Shown here in pieces: positions 18,862 to 28,845 of a DNA stretch of 64,000 nucleotides; the stretch's first letter is position 1; every line of letters begins with the position of its first letter. A model generated the notes under the pieces. That model was given only the letters and a program-made list of their open reading frames with translations, did not search any database and had not been told where the DNA came from. The DNA is taken from the NCBI GenBank assembly GCA_965261285.1, contig OZ253457.1:2089396-2153395 (forward strand). The letters run 5' to 3'. Source of the DNA: Vicinamibacterales bacterium. Its GTDB lineage: Bacteria > Acidobacteriota > Vicinamibacteria > Vicinamibacterales > UBA8438. Both the position numbers and the translations under genes were made by a program.

Positions 18862-19135
18862 CCGAAGTCGCGCCGGCGGGCCTGCTCGTTTGCGAGCACG
18901 GCCCCCGCGGCGGGGCCGCGGCCTGACCGAAGACGCGCCGGCGGGCCTTCTCGTCCGCGAGCACCCCCCCCCGCGGCGGGGCCGCGGCCTGACCGAAGTC
19001 GCGCCGGCGGGCCTTCTCGTCCGCGAGCACGGCCCCCCCGCCGCGGGGCCGCGGCCTGACCGAAGTCGCGCCGGGGGCCTTCTCGTCCGCGAGCACGGCC
19101 CCTGCGGCGGGGCTGCGGCCTGACCGACGACGCAG
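18811..19135 (+). repeat. 5 x 65-66-bp tandem repeat: pilM 3' end plus four extra copies
   Basis: The anchor GCGAGCACGG recurs at 18827, 18892, 18957, 19023 and 19089. Each unit carries the ...LLVREHGP.GGAAA-TGA coding end and the palindrome GGCCCC-GCGGC-GGGGCC. The C-run length differs between copies. Confidence 0.85.
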
Positions 19136-19183
19136 CGGGCGCCCATGCCGCGGCCCGCGCCCGTGGTATGTTGCAGGTTGGCG

Positions 19184-19843
19184 ATGCTGCGGACGAATCT
19201 GGCGACCCGGCCCTTCTACAACGAGCGCCTGGCGCGGGCGGCGCTCGGTCTGGCCGCGGCGGTCGGCCTTGCGATACTCGCGGCCGGGGTGGTGCGCCTC
19301 GTCGACCTCGCCCGCCTGAACGGCGACCTCGAGGCGCGCATGGATCGCGCGGCCCGGGACACCGCGGCCCTGGCCGCCCGCGCCGCCGAGGCGCAGCGCG
19401 CCGCGACCCCGCGGGACCTCACGGCGCTGGCCGAGGCGACCCGGGAGGCCAACACCCTGATCACCCAGCGCGTGTTCTCGTGGACCGACTTCTTCAACCG
19501 CATCGAGGCCACCCTGCCGCCGGACGTCATGGTGACCGAGGTGCGGCCGGAGATCGAGCCGGGCACGGTCGACGTGACGATGGGGGTGCTGGGCCGGAGC
19601 CTCGACGCCGTCAGCCGGTTCGTCACGACCCTGGAGACGTCCGGCGCGTTCATCGGGGTGCTGAACCGGCAGGTGGAGCTGACCGAGGACGGGATGTACC
19701 GCGCGGTGCTGCGGGGCCGCTACCTCGAGTCGGAAGCGCCCCTCGACGCCGCCGGCGGGGGAACGGGGGAGGGCGGCCCGCCGGGGAGCGCGTCGGAGGC
19801 GCCGCCGGGCTCGGGCGCTCCCGATGCCCGGCCCGGCGACTGA
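19184..19843 (+). CDS. pilN: PilN-like (fimbrial assembly) membrane protein
   Basis: MLRTNLATRPFYNERLARAALGLAAAVGLAILAAG is the typical PilN N-terminus plus TM segment, followed by a coiled-coil and an alpha/beta C-terminus. It lies between pilM and pilO. Confidence 0.7.
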   Translation: MLRTNLATRPFYNERLARAALGLAAAVGLAILAAGVVRLVDLARLNGDLEARMDRAARDTAALAARAAEAQRAATPRDLTALAEATREANTLITQRVFSWTDFFNRIEATLPPDVMVTEVRPEIEPGTVDVTMGVLGRSLDAVSRFVTTLETSGAFIGVLNRQVELTEDGMYRAVLRGRYLESEAPLDAAGGGTGEGGPPGSASEAPPGSGAPDARPGD

Positions 19844-19866
19844 GGGTGCGCGCCGCGGGGGACCCG

Positions 19867-20173
19867 ATGATCGAGACCGGCATGTCGATGACGCTGCTGC
19901 GGCGCATCGCCTCGGACCACCGGCGGCTGGTGACGGCGGTGGCCGTGTTGCCGGCGGTCGACGGCCCATGATCGAGACCGGCATGTCGATGACGCTGCTG
20001 CGGCGCATCGCCTCGGATCACCGGCGGCTGGTGACGGCGGTGGCCGTGTTGCCGGCGGTCGACGGCCCATGATCGAGACCGGCATGTCGATGACGCTGCT
20101 GCGGCGCATCGCCTCGGATCACCGGCGGCTGGTGACGGCGGTGGCCGTGTTGCCGGCGGTCGACGGCCCATGA
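19867..20173 (+). other. Three chained 34-codon mini-ORFs (MIETGMSMTLLRRIASDHRRLVTAVAVLPAVDGP) produced by the 101-bp repeat
   Basis: ORFs at 19867-19971, 19968-20072 and 20069-20173. Each stops at a TGA that overlaps the next ATG (ATGA). The last one hands over to the pilO ATG at 20170. Confidence 0.5.
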
Positions 20174-20270
20174 TCGAGACCGGCATGTCGATGACGCTGC
20201 TGCGGCGCATCGCCTCGGATCACCGGCGGCTGGTGACGGCCGTGGCTCTGTTGCTGGCCGTCGACGGCCT
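19867..20270 (+). repeat. 4 x 101-bp tandem repeat of the pilO 5' end
   Basis: ATGATCGAGACCGGCATGTCGATGACGCTGCTGCGG... begins at 19867, 19968, 20069 and 20170. Copies 1-3 are nearly identical. Copy 4 diverges after ~75 nt and continues as pilO. Confidence 0.9.
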
Positions 20271-20784
20271 GCTCTACGCGGTGGCGTTGTACCCGTGGTC
20301 GCGAAGGGTCGTGCAGGCGGAGGCCGACGCGGCGGCGGCGGAGAGCCGCCTGGTCCAGATGCGCACCGCCTGGGAGACGGCGACCCGGACCGGTGTCAGC
20401 AGCACCCGTGCCGAGGAGCGCCTCGAGCAGTTCTACACGCAGGTGCTCCCGCCCGACTTCGCGGGCGCTCGCGCCATTCTCTCGCCCTACCTCGATCGAC
20501 TGGCCCGCGATTCCGCCCTCGTGCTCGAGCGGCAGAGCAGCGTGTCGGACCGGGGGGGCGGCGGCGGGCTGTCCCGGCTGCGGACCACGATGGTCCTCGC
20601 GGGTCGCTACGAGGACGTCCGCCGCTTCATCCACGTCCTCGAGACGGCCCCCGAGTTCATCCTCGTCGAGGACGTCGTGCTGGGGCAGGGCAACGAGTCG
20701 GACGACCGGCTGGTGCTGACCCTCGGGGTCTCGACGTACTATCGCGACGCCGCCCCGGCGGCCGAGGGCGGGCCCGGGTCATGA
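20170..20784 (+). CDS. pilO: PilO/GspM-like pilus assembly protein
   Basis: An N-terminal TM segment (LVTAVALLLAVDGLLYAVALY), a coiled-coil, then a ferredoxin-like C-terminus (LRTTMVLAGRYEDVRRFIHVLETAPEFILVEDVVL). Positioned after pilN. Confidence 0.7.
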   Translation: MIETGMSMTLLRRIASDHRRLVTAVALLLAVDGLLYAVALYPWSRRVVQAEADAAAAESRLVQMRTAWETATRTGVSSTRAEERLEQFYTQVLPPDFAGARAILSPYLDRLARDSALVLERQSSVSDRGGGGGLSRLRTTMVLAGRYEDVRRFIHVLETAPEFILVEDVVLGQGNESDDRLVLTLGVSTYYRDAAPAAEGGPGS

Positions 20785-21290
20785 GGGGACGCCGCGGGCT
20801 CCTGCGCGCCCTTCACGCCCGGGCCGGGGCCGAGCGCGGGTACAGCTTCGTCGAGCTGCTCGTGGTCAGCGCCATCATTCTCATCCTGGCGTCGGCGGTG
20901 ATGCCGCTGACCCGGGTGACGATGCAGCGCCAGCGCGAGGCCGAGCTGCGGCGGGCGTTGCGGGAGATGCGCACCGCGATCGACCGCTACAAGGACGCCG
21001 TCGACCTCGGCACGATCGGCGGCCTCGAGGTGGAGGCGGACAACCAGGGTTACCCGGCCAGCCTCGAGGTCCTCGTGGAGGGCGTCGAGCTGGCCAACGA
21101 CGCGACCGGCCGCAAGATGCGCTTCCTCCGGCGCATTCCGTTCGATCCGATGACGCAGGGCCGCGAGTGGGGGCTGCGCTCGTACGAGGACGAGCCCGAT
21201 TCCCGGCGGTGGAGCGGCGACAACGTGTACGACGTCTACACGACGTCGAGGGCGACGGCCCTCGACGGGACGCGTTACGACGAGTGGTGA
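20781..21290 (+). CDS. GspG-like type II secretion pseudopilin / type IV pilin-like protein
   Basis: ATGA overlap with the pilO stop. Prepilin-type N-terminus RGYSFVELLVVSAIILILASAVMP, then a GspG-like core (ELRRALREMRTAIDRYKD..., FLRRIPFDPMT). Confidence 0.8.
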   Translation: MRGRRGLLRALHARAGAERGYSFVELLVVSAIILILASAVMPLTRVTMQRQREAELRRALREMRTAIDRYKDAVDLGTIGGLEVEADNQGYPASLEVLVEGVELANDATGRKMRFLRRIPFDPMTQGREWGLRSYEDEPDSRRWSGDNVYDVYTTSRATALDGTRYDEW

Positions 21291-21478
21291 CGATGACAGG
21301 CTGGCGACAACGTGTACAACGTGTACACGACGTCCAGGCGACGGCCCTCGACGGGACGCGTTACGACGAGTGGTGACGACGATGGAACGCTGGCGACAAC
21401 GTGTACGACAGCTTCACGCGGTTGACGGCCACGGCTCTCGACGAGACCGGTTGCGACGAGCGATGACGATGGCAGGCT
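21216..21478 (+). repeat. ~3 x 87-89-bp tandem repeat of the pseudopilin 3' end and gene junction
   Basis: GGCGACAACGTGTAC... starts at 21216, 21303 and 21392. Copy 2 retains ...ALDGTRYDEW-TGA in another frame. Copy 3 is degenerate and runs into the start of the next pseudopilin. Confidence 0.8.
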
Positions 21479-21939
21479 GGCGTACCCGACGTGCGGCGCC
21501 CCGGCCGGAGGCCCGCCCGCCGATCCCGGCCCGACGGCGGCCGGCGACCGGCGCCGGTTCGGCGGCGGGCTGGACGCTCATCGAGCTGGTGGTGGTGGTC
21601 TCGCTGATGTCGACGCTGGTCGCCATCGCCATGGTCGGCTACGGGACGGCGGTGACACGGACCCGGGAAGCGGTCCTGAAGGAGGACCTCTTTCGCATGC
21701 GCGACGCCATCGACCAGTACTACGCCGACCGGACCGAGTATCCGCCGGCCCTGGAGAACCTGGTCTCCGAGGGGTATCTGCGCGCCATCCCGGAAGACCC
21801 GTTCACGCGCTCGACGTCGACCTGGCAGGTCGTCCTCGCCGAGTACGATCCCGCCGATCCCCTCGCCCAGGGCGTCTTCGATGTGCACAGCGGCGCGAGC
21901 GGGGCCGGCCTCGACGGCACGCCCTACGCGGAGTGGTAG
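21463..21939 (+). CDS. GspG-like type II secretion pseudopilin
   Basis: Prepilin N-terminus AGWTLIELVVVVSLMSTLVAIAMVGY. GspG core TREAVLKEDLFRMRDAIDQYYADRTEYPPALENLVSEGYLRAIPEDPFT. It shares the C-terminal LDGT.Y.EW with the preceding gene. Confidence 0.8.
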   Translation: MTMAGWRTRRAAPRPEARPPIPARRRPATGAGSAAGWTLIELVVVVSLMSTLVAIAMVGYGTAVTRTREAVLKEDLFRMRDAIDQYYADRTEYPPALENLVSEGYLRAIPEDPFTRSTSTWQVVLAEYDPADPLAQGVFDVHSGASGAGLDGTPYAEW

Positions 21940-22152
21940 GGCCGGCGGGTTGCGCCCGGGGCGGGTCCCGGGATCGGCGCGGCGCCTTTGCCCCCGGGCT
22001 GGCAGGAAGAGGATCGAACGTCGTGTCGGCGGGCCGACATCACCTCCAAGTTGTTGTTTCCGCAATTACTTGGATGGGGCGACACCCGGACCGATGGGCA
22101 CGTTCGCCGAGCGCCGAGCGCCGAACGGCGGGGGGCGAACGGCGGGCGGGGG

Positions 22153-22923
22153 CTACCGCCCGGGCGGTCGGCCCCGGCCGGGGCGGTCGCCGAAGCCGCC
22201 GCCGGCCGGGCTCCGGAAGAGGCCGCCATCGAGGCTCCCGGCCGCCCGGCCCGGTCCGCCCGGCCCGCTCCCGATGCCTCCGGGGAACGGAGCCGCCGTA
22301 CCCGCGGCGCCAGGGGTCACCCCCTGCCCTTGATGGATGAAGAGCCACTGGTCGTAGCGGGTGGCGCCGTTGTAGTCGCGGAGCGACTCCTCCGTGGACC
22401 GGCTGACGACCCCGACGATGCCGCCCAGCTCCTCGTCGTCCTCGCCCAGGGCCCCCGAGAACGGACCGGGGGAGACCCGGCCGGCCCTGCCTCCCAGGCC
22501 CGAGCCCGGGCCGCCGAACCCGCTTCGGCCGCCGCGGTCGGAGAGTCGGCTCCGCGAACCGCCATCCTCCCCGTCGGCCTCGGCCGCCGCTTCGCCCGCG
22601 GCCGCCGCGGCCGAGCCCTGGGTCAGGATGCGGAACGGCTCTCCCGTCATCGGGTCCGGATACAGACGCCGGAGAAAGCGCTCCTCCACGAGCATCTCGA
22701 TGTCGGTCGGGTAGGCGCCGGGAAACAGCCGCTGATACAGGTCGATGGCCCGCACGTACTGCTGACCGCGGAACAGCAGCTCGGCCTCCTTCTCCCGCTT
22801 GGCGAGGGTGCGCCACGCGGGCATCGCCACCGACATCAGGACGCTCATGATCCCGATGGCGACGAGCAGCCCCGCCATCGCGTAGCCGGGCTCGGAGCCT
22901 CGCCTGCGGCCGTGCGGGCGCAT
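22153..22923 (-). CDS. Pseudopilin-like protein with Gly-rich low-complexity C-terminal half
   Basis: N-terminus PGYAMAGLLVAIGIMSVLMSVAMPAW (prepilin-type), then KREKEAELLFRGQQYVRAIDLY (GspG-like helix), then a long G/S/A/P-rich tail. Confidence 0.6.
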   Translation of the reverse strand: MRPHGRRRGSEPGYAMAGLLVAIGIMSVLMSVAMPAWRTLAKREKEAELLFRGQQYVRAIDLYQRLFPGAYPTDIEMLVEERFLRRLYPDPMTGEPFRILTQGSAAAAAGEAAAEADGEDGGSRSRLSDRGGRSGFGGPGSGLGGRAGRVSPGPFSGALGEDDEELGGIVGVVSRSTEESLRDYNGATRYDQWLFIHQGQGVTPGAAGTAAPFPGGIGSGPGGPGRAAGSLDGGLFRSPAGGGFGDRPGRGRPPGR

Positions 22924-22932
22924 GTCGGTATG

Positions 22933-24690
<1,758 letters not shown>

Positions 24691-24700
24691 GGCCGGCGTT

Positions 24701-25768
24701 TCAGCTCCCACGGGTCAGGGCCCGGACCACCGCATCGTGCACGGCGGGGCGGACCCCGAGAATCGCCTCGTTGGCCCGCGTCGGATGGACCCGGTTGGTC
24801 AGCAGCACCACGTACAGATCCTGCACCGGGTCCATCCACAGGGACGTCCCCGTGAAGCCCGTGTGACCGAAGGCGGCGGGCGACAGCGACCGCCCGCACG
24901 ACGAGGTGACGAGCATCGTATCCCATCCCAGGGCGCGCGAGCTGCCGGAGACGCGGCCACGCCGTACGAACCGCGCGAGGGTCTCCGGGCGGGCCAGCCG
25001 CGGCCGCCCCTGCAGCGTCTCGAGTGCGGCCCGGGCGAAGCGGCCCACCGCCGGGGCGGTGCCGAACAGGCCGGCGTGCCCGGCGACGCCGCCCAGGGCC
25101 CAGGCGTTCTCGTCGTGCACCTCGCCGCGCAGGAGGCGGCCCCGCCACGGGTCGACCTCGGTCGGCGCCGTCCGCGAACGCCACGCGGCGGGGGGGCGGA
25201 AGCGCAGGTCGGCGATGCCGAGGCGGCCCGCGACCTCGTCGAACTGCTCGTCGAGGCCGGTTCCGGCCGCGTCGGCGGCGATGAACGCGAGCAGGATGAA
25301 CCCCAGGTCGCTGTAGACGGACCGGGTCCGCGGCGCGTACTCCAGGGGCAGGGTGCAGATGGCGTGCTGGTAGTCGCGGCGCCCGTGGTGGTCCCGGAAG
25401 AACGGCAGATGGGCGGTCAGGCCGCCGGCGTGCTCCAGGAGATCGGCGACGGTCACCGCCTCGCGGTCGCCGCCCCGCCACTCGTCGAGCCGGCTTCCCA
25501 CGCGGTCGGCGAGGGTGACGGCCCCCGCGTCGACGAGCCGCATGAGGGCCGTGGTCGTCGCCAGCACCTTCGTCAGGGACGCGAGATCGAAGACCGTGTC
25601 GAGCGTTGCCGGCTCGGCCTCGTCGTCGTAGGTCAGGGCGCCGGCGGCATGGCTCCAGACGGGGCCGGCGCTGCCGCCGACCTCGATGGCGGCGCCGGGA
25701 AAAGCGCGCCGGTCCACCGCGTCGCCGATCACCCGTGCCACCGGGGCGAACGCCCCCTCCGTGCCCAT
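24701..25768 (-). CDS. Serine hydrolase, beta-lactamase/transpeptidase-like (class C / PBP4*-like)
   Basis: Active-site SLTK (FDLASLTKVLATT), YSDLGF, and HTGFTGTSLW (the HxG triad position). The true ATG is at 25766-25768, inside the spurious 857-aa ORF. Confidence 0.85.
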   Translation of the reverse strand: MGTEGAFAPVARVIGDAVDRRAFPGAAIEVGGSAGPVWSHAAGALTYDDEAEPATLDTVFDLASLTKVLATTTALMRLVDAGAVTLADRVGSRLDEWRGGDREAVTVADLLEHAGGLTAHLPFFRDHHGRRDYQHAICTLPLEYAPRTRSVYSDLGFILLAFIAADAAGTGLDEQFDEVAGRLGIADLRFRPPAAWRSRTAPTEVDPWRGRLLRGEVHDENAWALGGVAGHAGLFGTAPAVGRFARAALETLQGRPRLARPETLARFVRRGRVSGSSRALGWDTMLVTSSCGRSLSPAAFGHTGFTGTSLWMDPVQDLYVVLLTNRVHPTRANEAILGVRPAVHDAVVRALTRGS

Positions 25769-25842
25769 TCCCACTATCCTCCGGCCGCGAACCCGACGCG
25801 CCGAATCGACGCCTCCGGCTCCCCTCGGCGGCCGACCCGCCA

Positions 25843-25874
25843 GGAGTCCGGGCCGCTCTACGGCGCAGACTGCC
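25843..25874. repeat. REP-like palindromic element copy
   Basis: GGAGTCCGGGCCGCTCTACGGCGCAGACTGCC, between the SSS stop and the hydrolase start. It shares the TCTACGGCGCAGACT core with the other copies. Confidence 0.55.
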
Positions 25875-27396
25875 GGCCGTCCCGCGCCGCACTCCGAGTG
25901 GCGCCCCGGTCCGCCGCCCATCCCGCCGCGAGGGTCACCGCGGCGCCGATGAGGACGTACCACTGCCAGGACACGCTCGTGAGCAGCCGGACCGCCAGCA
26001 TCACGCCGGCGCCGACCGCGATCCCGGCGTACGCGGTCGCGTTGCGGCGGTAGCCGGCGAGGCCCAGGAGGAAGACGCCGAGGATGAGGCCGTTGGTGAA
26101 CGACGAGATGCCCAGCACCTCGTCGACGATGCTCCGCGAGACGGGAATCGCGGCGAGGGCCACGACCACCTGGACGGCGCCCCAGACGACGGTGGCGCGG
26201 CGGGCCACCGCGAGGTAGTGCCCGGCCGGCCGGCCGCCGCCGGTGGCGGGCAGGTAGAAGTCGGCCAGGGTGGTCGACGCCGACGCGGTCAGCGACGACG
26301 ACAGCGTGGACATCGCCGCCGCGACGACCGCGGCGACCATGAGGCCCCGCACGCCGGCCGGCAGTTCGGTGACGATGAACGTCGGGAAGACGCGGTCGGT
26401 CTGGACCGCTCCCCCGGGGGCCAGCGTCGCCAGCACGTCCGGGGCGTGGCCCGTGTAGTAGACGTAGAGCATGACCCCGATGACGAGGAAGAGCGCGAAC
26501 TGCGCGAGGACCACGACCCCGCTCCAGAGCAGGGCCCGGCCCGCCGCCTCCCGGGACCGGCTGCACAGGTACCGCTGCACGATGAGCTGATCGGTGCCGT
26601 GGGTGGAGACGGTGAGGCACGCTCCCCCGACGAGGCCCGACCAGAAGGTGTAGCTCCGGGTCGGGTCGAGAGAGAAGTCGAGCAGGCGGAACCGGTCCGC
26701 CGCGGAGCCGGCTGCGGTCACCTCCGCCCATCCGCCCGGGATGAGGTCGAGGAGGACGACCGCGGCGACGACCGAGCCGCCCAGGTACACCGCGAGCTGC
26801 ACCATGTCCGTCCACAGCACCGCGGTCAGCCCGCCGCGCCAGGTGTAGGCGGTGGTGACCGCGCCCATCGCCACGATCGACAGGACGAGCAGGGTGGTGG
26901 ACGGCGCGAGCCCCGGGGCCAGCGCGGCGGCGGCGGCGCCGGCGGCCGGCCATGTCAGGAGGGCCGCCCCGAGGACGATCCCCGCGGCCATGAGCCGGAG
27001 GCCGTCGGCGAGGTTCCGGGTCGCGAGGAAGATGGTGGCGGCGAGGCGGCCCACGCCGGCGTCGAAGCGCTCGGCGAGAATCTGGTAGACGGTGAGGTAC
27101 TCCCCCCGGAAGTAGCCCGGCAGCAGGAGCACGGTGATGATCGCCCTGCCCGCGAGGTAGCCGAGCACGAGCTGCAGGAAAGTGAGGTCGGTCCCGAAGG
27201 CGAACCCCGGGACGCTGACGAGGGTCGCGGTGCTCGTCTCCGTCGCGACGATCGAGGCCATCACCACGCCCCACGGCGCCCGGCGGCCGGCCGCGAAGTA
27301 GTCGCGGACGGTCGCCTGGCCGCGCGCGAGGACCAGGCCCAGCGAGAGGGTCGCCGCCATGTAGACGACGATGACCAGGAGGTCGAGCAGGCTCAT
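25858..27396 (-). CDS. Sodium:solute symporter (SSS) family transporter
   Basis: MSLLDLLVIVVYMAATLSLGLVLARG..., DYFAAGRRAPWGVVMASIVATETSTATLVSVPG, and ~13 hydrophobic segments. Confidence 0.85.
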   Translation of the reverse strand: MSLLDLLVIVVYMAATLSLGLVLARGQATVRDYFAAGRRAPWGVVMASIVATETSTATLVSVPGFAFGTDLTFLQLVLGYLAGRAIITVLLLPGYFRGEYLTVYQILAERFDAGVGRLAATIFLATRNLADGLRLMAAGIVLGAALLTWPAAGAAAAALAPGLAPSTTLLVLSIVAMGAVTTAYTWRGGLTAVLWTDMVQLAVYLGGSVVAAVVLLDLIPGGWAEVTAAGSAADRFRLLDFSLDPTRSYTFWSGLVGGACLTVSTHGTDQLIVQRYLCSRSREAAGRALLWSGVVVLAQFALFLVIGVMLYVYYTGHAPDVLATLAPGGAVQTDRVFPTFIVTELPAGVRGLMVAAVVAAAMSTLSSSLTASASTTLADFYLPATGGGRPAGHYLAVARRATVVWGAVQVVVALAAIPVSRSIVDEVLGISSFTNGLILGVFLLGLAGYRRNATAYAGIAVGAGVMLAVRLLTSVSWQWYVLIGAAVTLAAGWAADRGATRSAARDGRQSAP

Positions 27397-27493
27397 GAAG
27401 GCAGGTGCGGAAGCGTCCGGTCAGACGCCGGCGCCGCCCCGACCCGGCGCGCTCGCCGGTGCGCCGCGGCCGCGAGCCGGGAGGCGGGGCGGC

Positions 27494-28426
27494 TCACCCC
27501 CGGGCGGACCGGGGGAACGCGTCCTCGCCGATGGCCCGGCGGACGAGGTTTCCGGCGCGCCGGATGCGGGCGAGGGCCTTGGCGTAGGTGTCGCCGGTCT
27601 TCTCCATCACGATGGCGGCCTTGACGTTCCACTTCGCGCGCCCGAGCAGGGTCCCGGCCGCGTCGTAGTCGAGGCCGGTCACCGTCGTGATGATGTTGCG
27701 GGCCCGGCTCCGGCGCTGCTCCGAGCCCGTCTGCACGTCCACCATCAGGTTGCCGTAGGTCTTGCCGATGTGCACCATCGAGATGGTGGTCAGCATGTTG
27801 AGCACCATCTTGGTCGCCGTGCCCGCCTTCAGCCGGGTCGAGCCGGCGATGACCTCGGGCCCCACCTCGGGGGCGATGATGACGTCGACGAACGTCTGCA
27901 GCTCGCTTCCCGGCCAGCACGTGACGAAGACGATCTTCACGCCCGCCCGGCGCGCCCGGGTCAACGCCCCCCGCACGAACTGGGTCATGCCGCTGGCGGA
28001 AATGCCCACGAGGACGTCCTTGCTCGACAGGCGCAGCCGCCGAACCGCCCGCCCCCCCTCCTCGAAGTTGTCCTCGACGCCTTCCCGCGACTTGAAGAAC
28101 GCCTCGCGCCCCCCCGCCATGACCGCCTGCACGAGCTGGGCCGGGGTGCTGAACGTCGGCGGCATCTCCGCCGCCTCGAGGACGCCGAGCCGCCCGCTCG
28201 TGCCCGCCCCCACGAAGACGAGCCGGCCGCCCTTGCCGAACGCCTCGGTGATCAGATCGGCGGCGATGACGATGCGCTCCTTCTCGCGCTGCACCGCCTT
28301 GATGATGCGGCGGTCCTCCTTGAGCATCAGCTCGGCGATCTCCTCGGCGGAGGCCTGGTCTATCGCGATGGAGCGGGGGTTGATGGCTTCGGTGGGAAGG
28401 GACTGCCACTTGGAACGCTTCGGCAT
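27494..28426 (-). CDS. murQ: N-acetylmuramic acid 6-phosphate etherase
   Basis: SIS-domain MurQ signature: LPTEAINPRS, GRLVFVGAGTSGRLGVLEAAEMPPTF, LVGISASG, AGSTRLKAGTATKMVLNMLTT, GNLMVDV. Confidence 0.9.
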   Translation of the reverse strand: MPKRSKWQSLPTEAINPRSIAIDQASAEEIAELMLKEDRRIIKAVQREKERIVIAADLITEAFGKGGRLVFVGAGTSGRLGVLEAAEMPPTFSTPAQLVQAVMAGGREAFFKSREGVEDNFEEGGRAVRRLRLSSKDVLVGISASGMTQFVRGALTRARRAGVKIVFVTCWPGSELQTFVDVIIAPEVGPEVIAGSTRLKAGTATKMVLNMLTTISMVHIGKTYGNLMVDVQTGSEQRRSRARNIITTVTGLDYDAAGTLLGRAKWNVKAAIVMEKTGDTYAKALARIRRAGNLVRRAIGEDAFPRSARG

Positions 28427-28637
28427 GAGACGCCACCCGACGGAGGGTGCGGCGGATACTACTCCTCGGTCCGGCGGGTGTCAACCGGGGCACCGGCGGC
28501 TCCGCGGCGGGTGCTTCGGCGTCGCGGCGGGGCCGGGAGCGAATCGGCCGGGGAGCGCCCGCGGCCGGAACGGCGGGCCGGAAGCCCCGCGCCGCTCCGG
28601 CCGGAAGCCGGCCGGCTTCGCTCGCCGGCCGGGCGGG

Positions 28638-28666
28638 TTGACGGCGGGGCCGCGAACGGCTAGAAT
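28638..28666 (+). promoter_or_regulatory. Sigma-70-like promoter TTGACG-N17-TAGAAT
   Basis: TTGACG at 28638-28643 and TAGAAT at 28661-28666 with 17-nt spacing. It lies in the 430-nt divergent murQ/hom intergenic region, ~45 nt upstream of the leader ORF. Confidence 0.5.
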
Positions 28667-28711
28667 GCGCTGTTGATCCGAAGGGCGTGGCAGCAAGCTC
28701 GGGCGCAGGCC

Positions 28712-28783
28712 ATGACAGAGAACATGACGACTCCGGTTGTGATGACCACCATGGCGCCCGCTCCGCGCGGGCACAGTGGGTGA
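28712..28783 (+). promoter_or_regulatory. Candidate leader peptide ORF (MTENMTTPVVMTTMAPAPRGHSG) of a thr-type attenuator
   Basis: 23 codons, with 5 Thr and 4 Met codons among the first 14. It sits between the promoter and the intrinsic terminator that precedes hom. Confidence 0.45.
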
Positions 28784-28813
28784 TGTAGCCGGAGAGCAGC
28801 AGGGTCCGACCAG

Positions 28814-28845
28814 CCATCATCCACACCGGATGATGGTTTTTTTTT
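28814..28845 (+). terminator. Rho-independent terminator / attenuator hairpin
   Basis: CCATCATCC-ACACC-GGATGATGG followed by T9. This is the only long T-run I noticed in the window. It ends 10 nt before the hom ATG (28856). Confidence 0.8.

Noticed and set aside
24701-27274. An 857-aa ORF spanning the serine hydrolase and the antisense or alternate frame of the second SSS transporter. Similarly, 36578..39022 (814 aa) spans xerD, and 3851..6271 is the extended start of the LRR protease.
   Set aside because: Only the C-terminal portions carry family motifs. The N-terminal extensions are low-complexity read-through of neighbouring genes. Internal ATGs with sensible N-termini were used instead.
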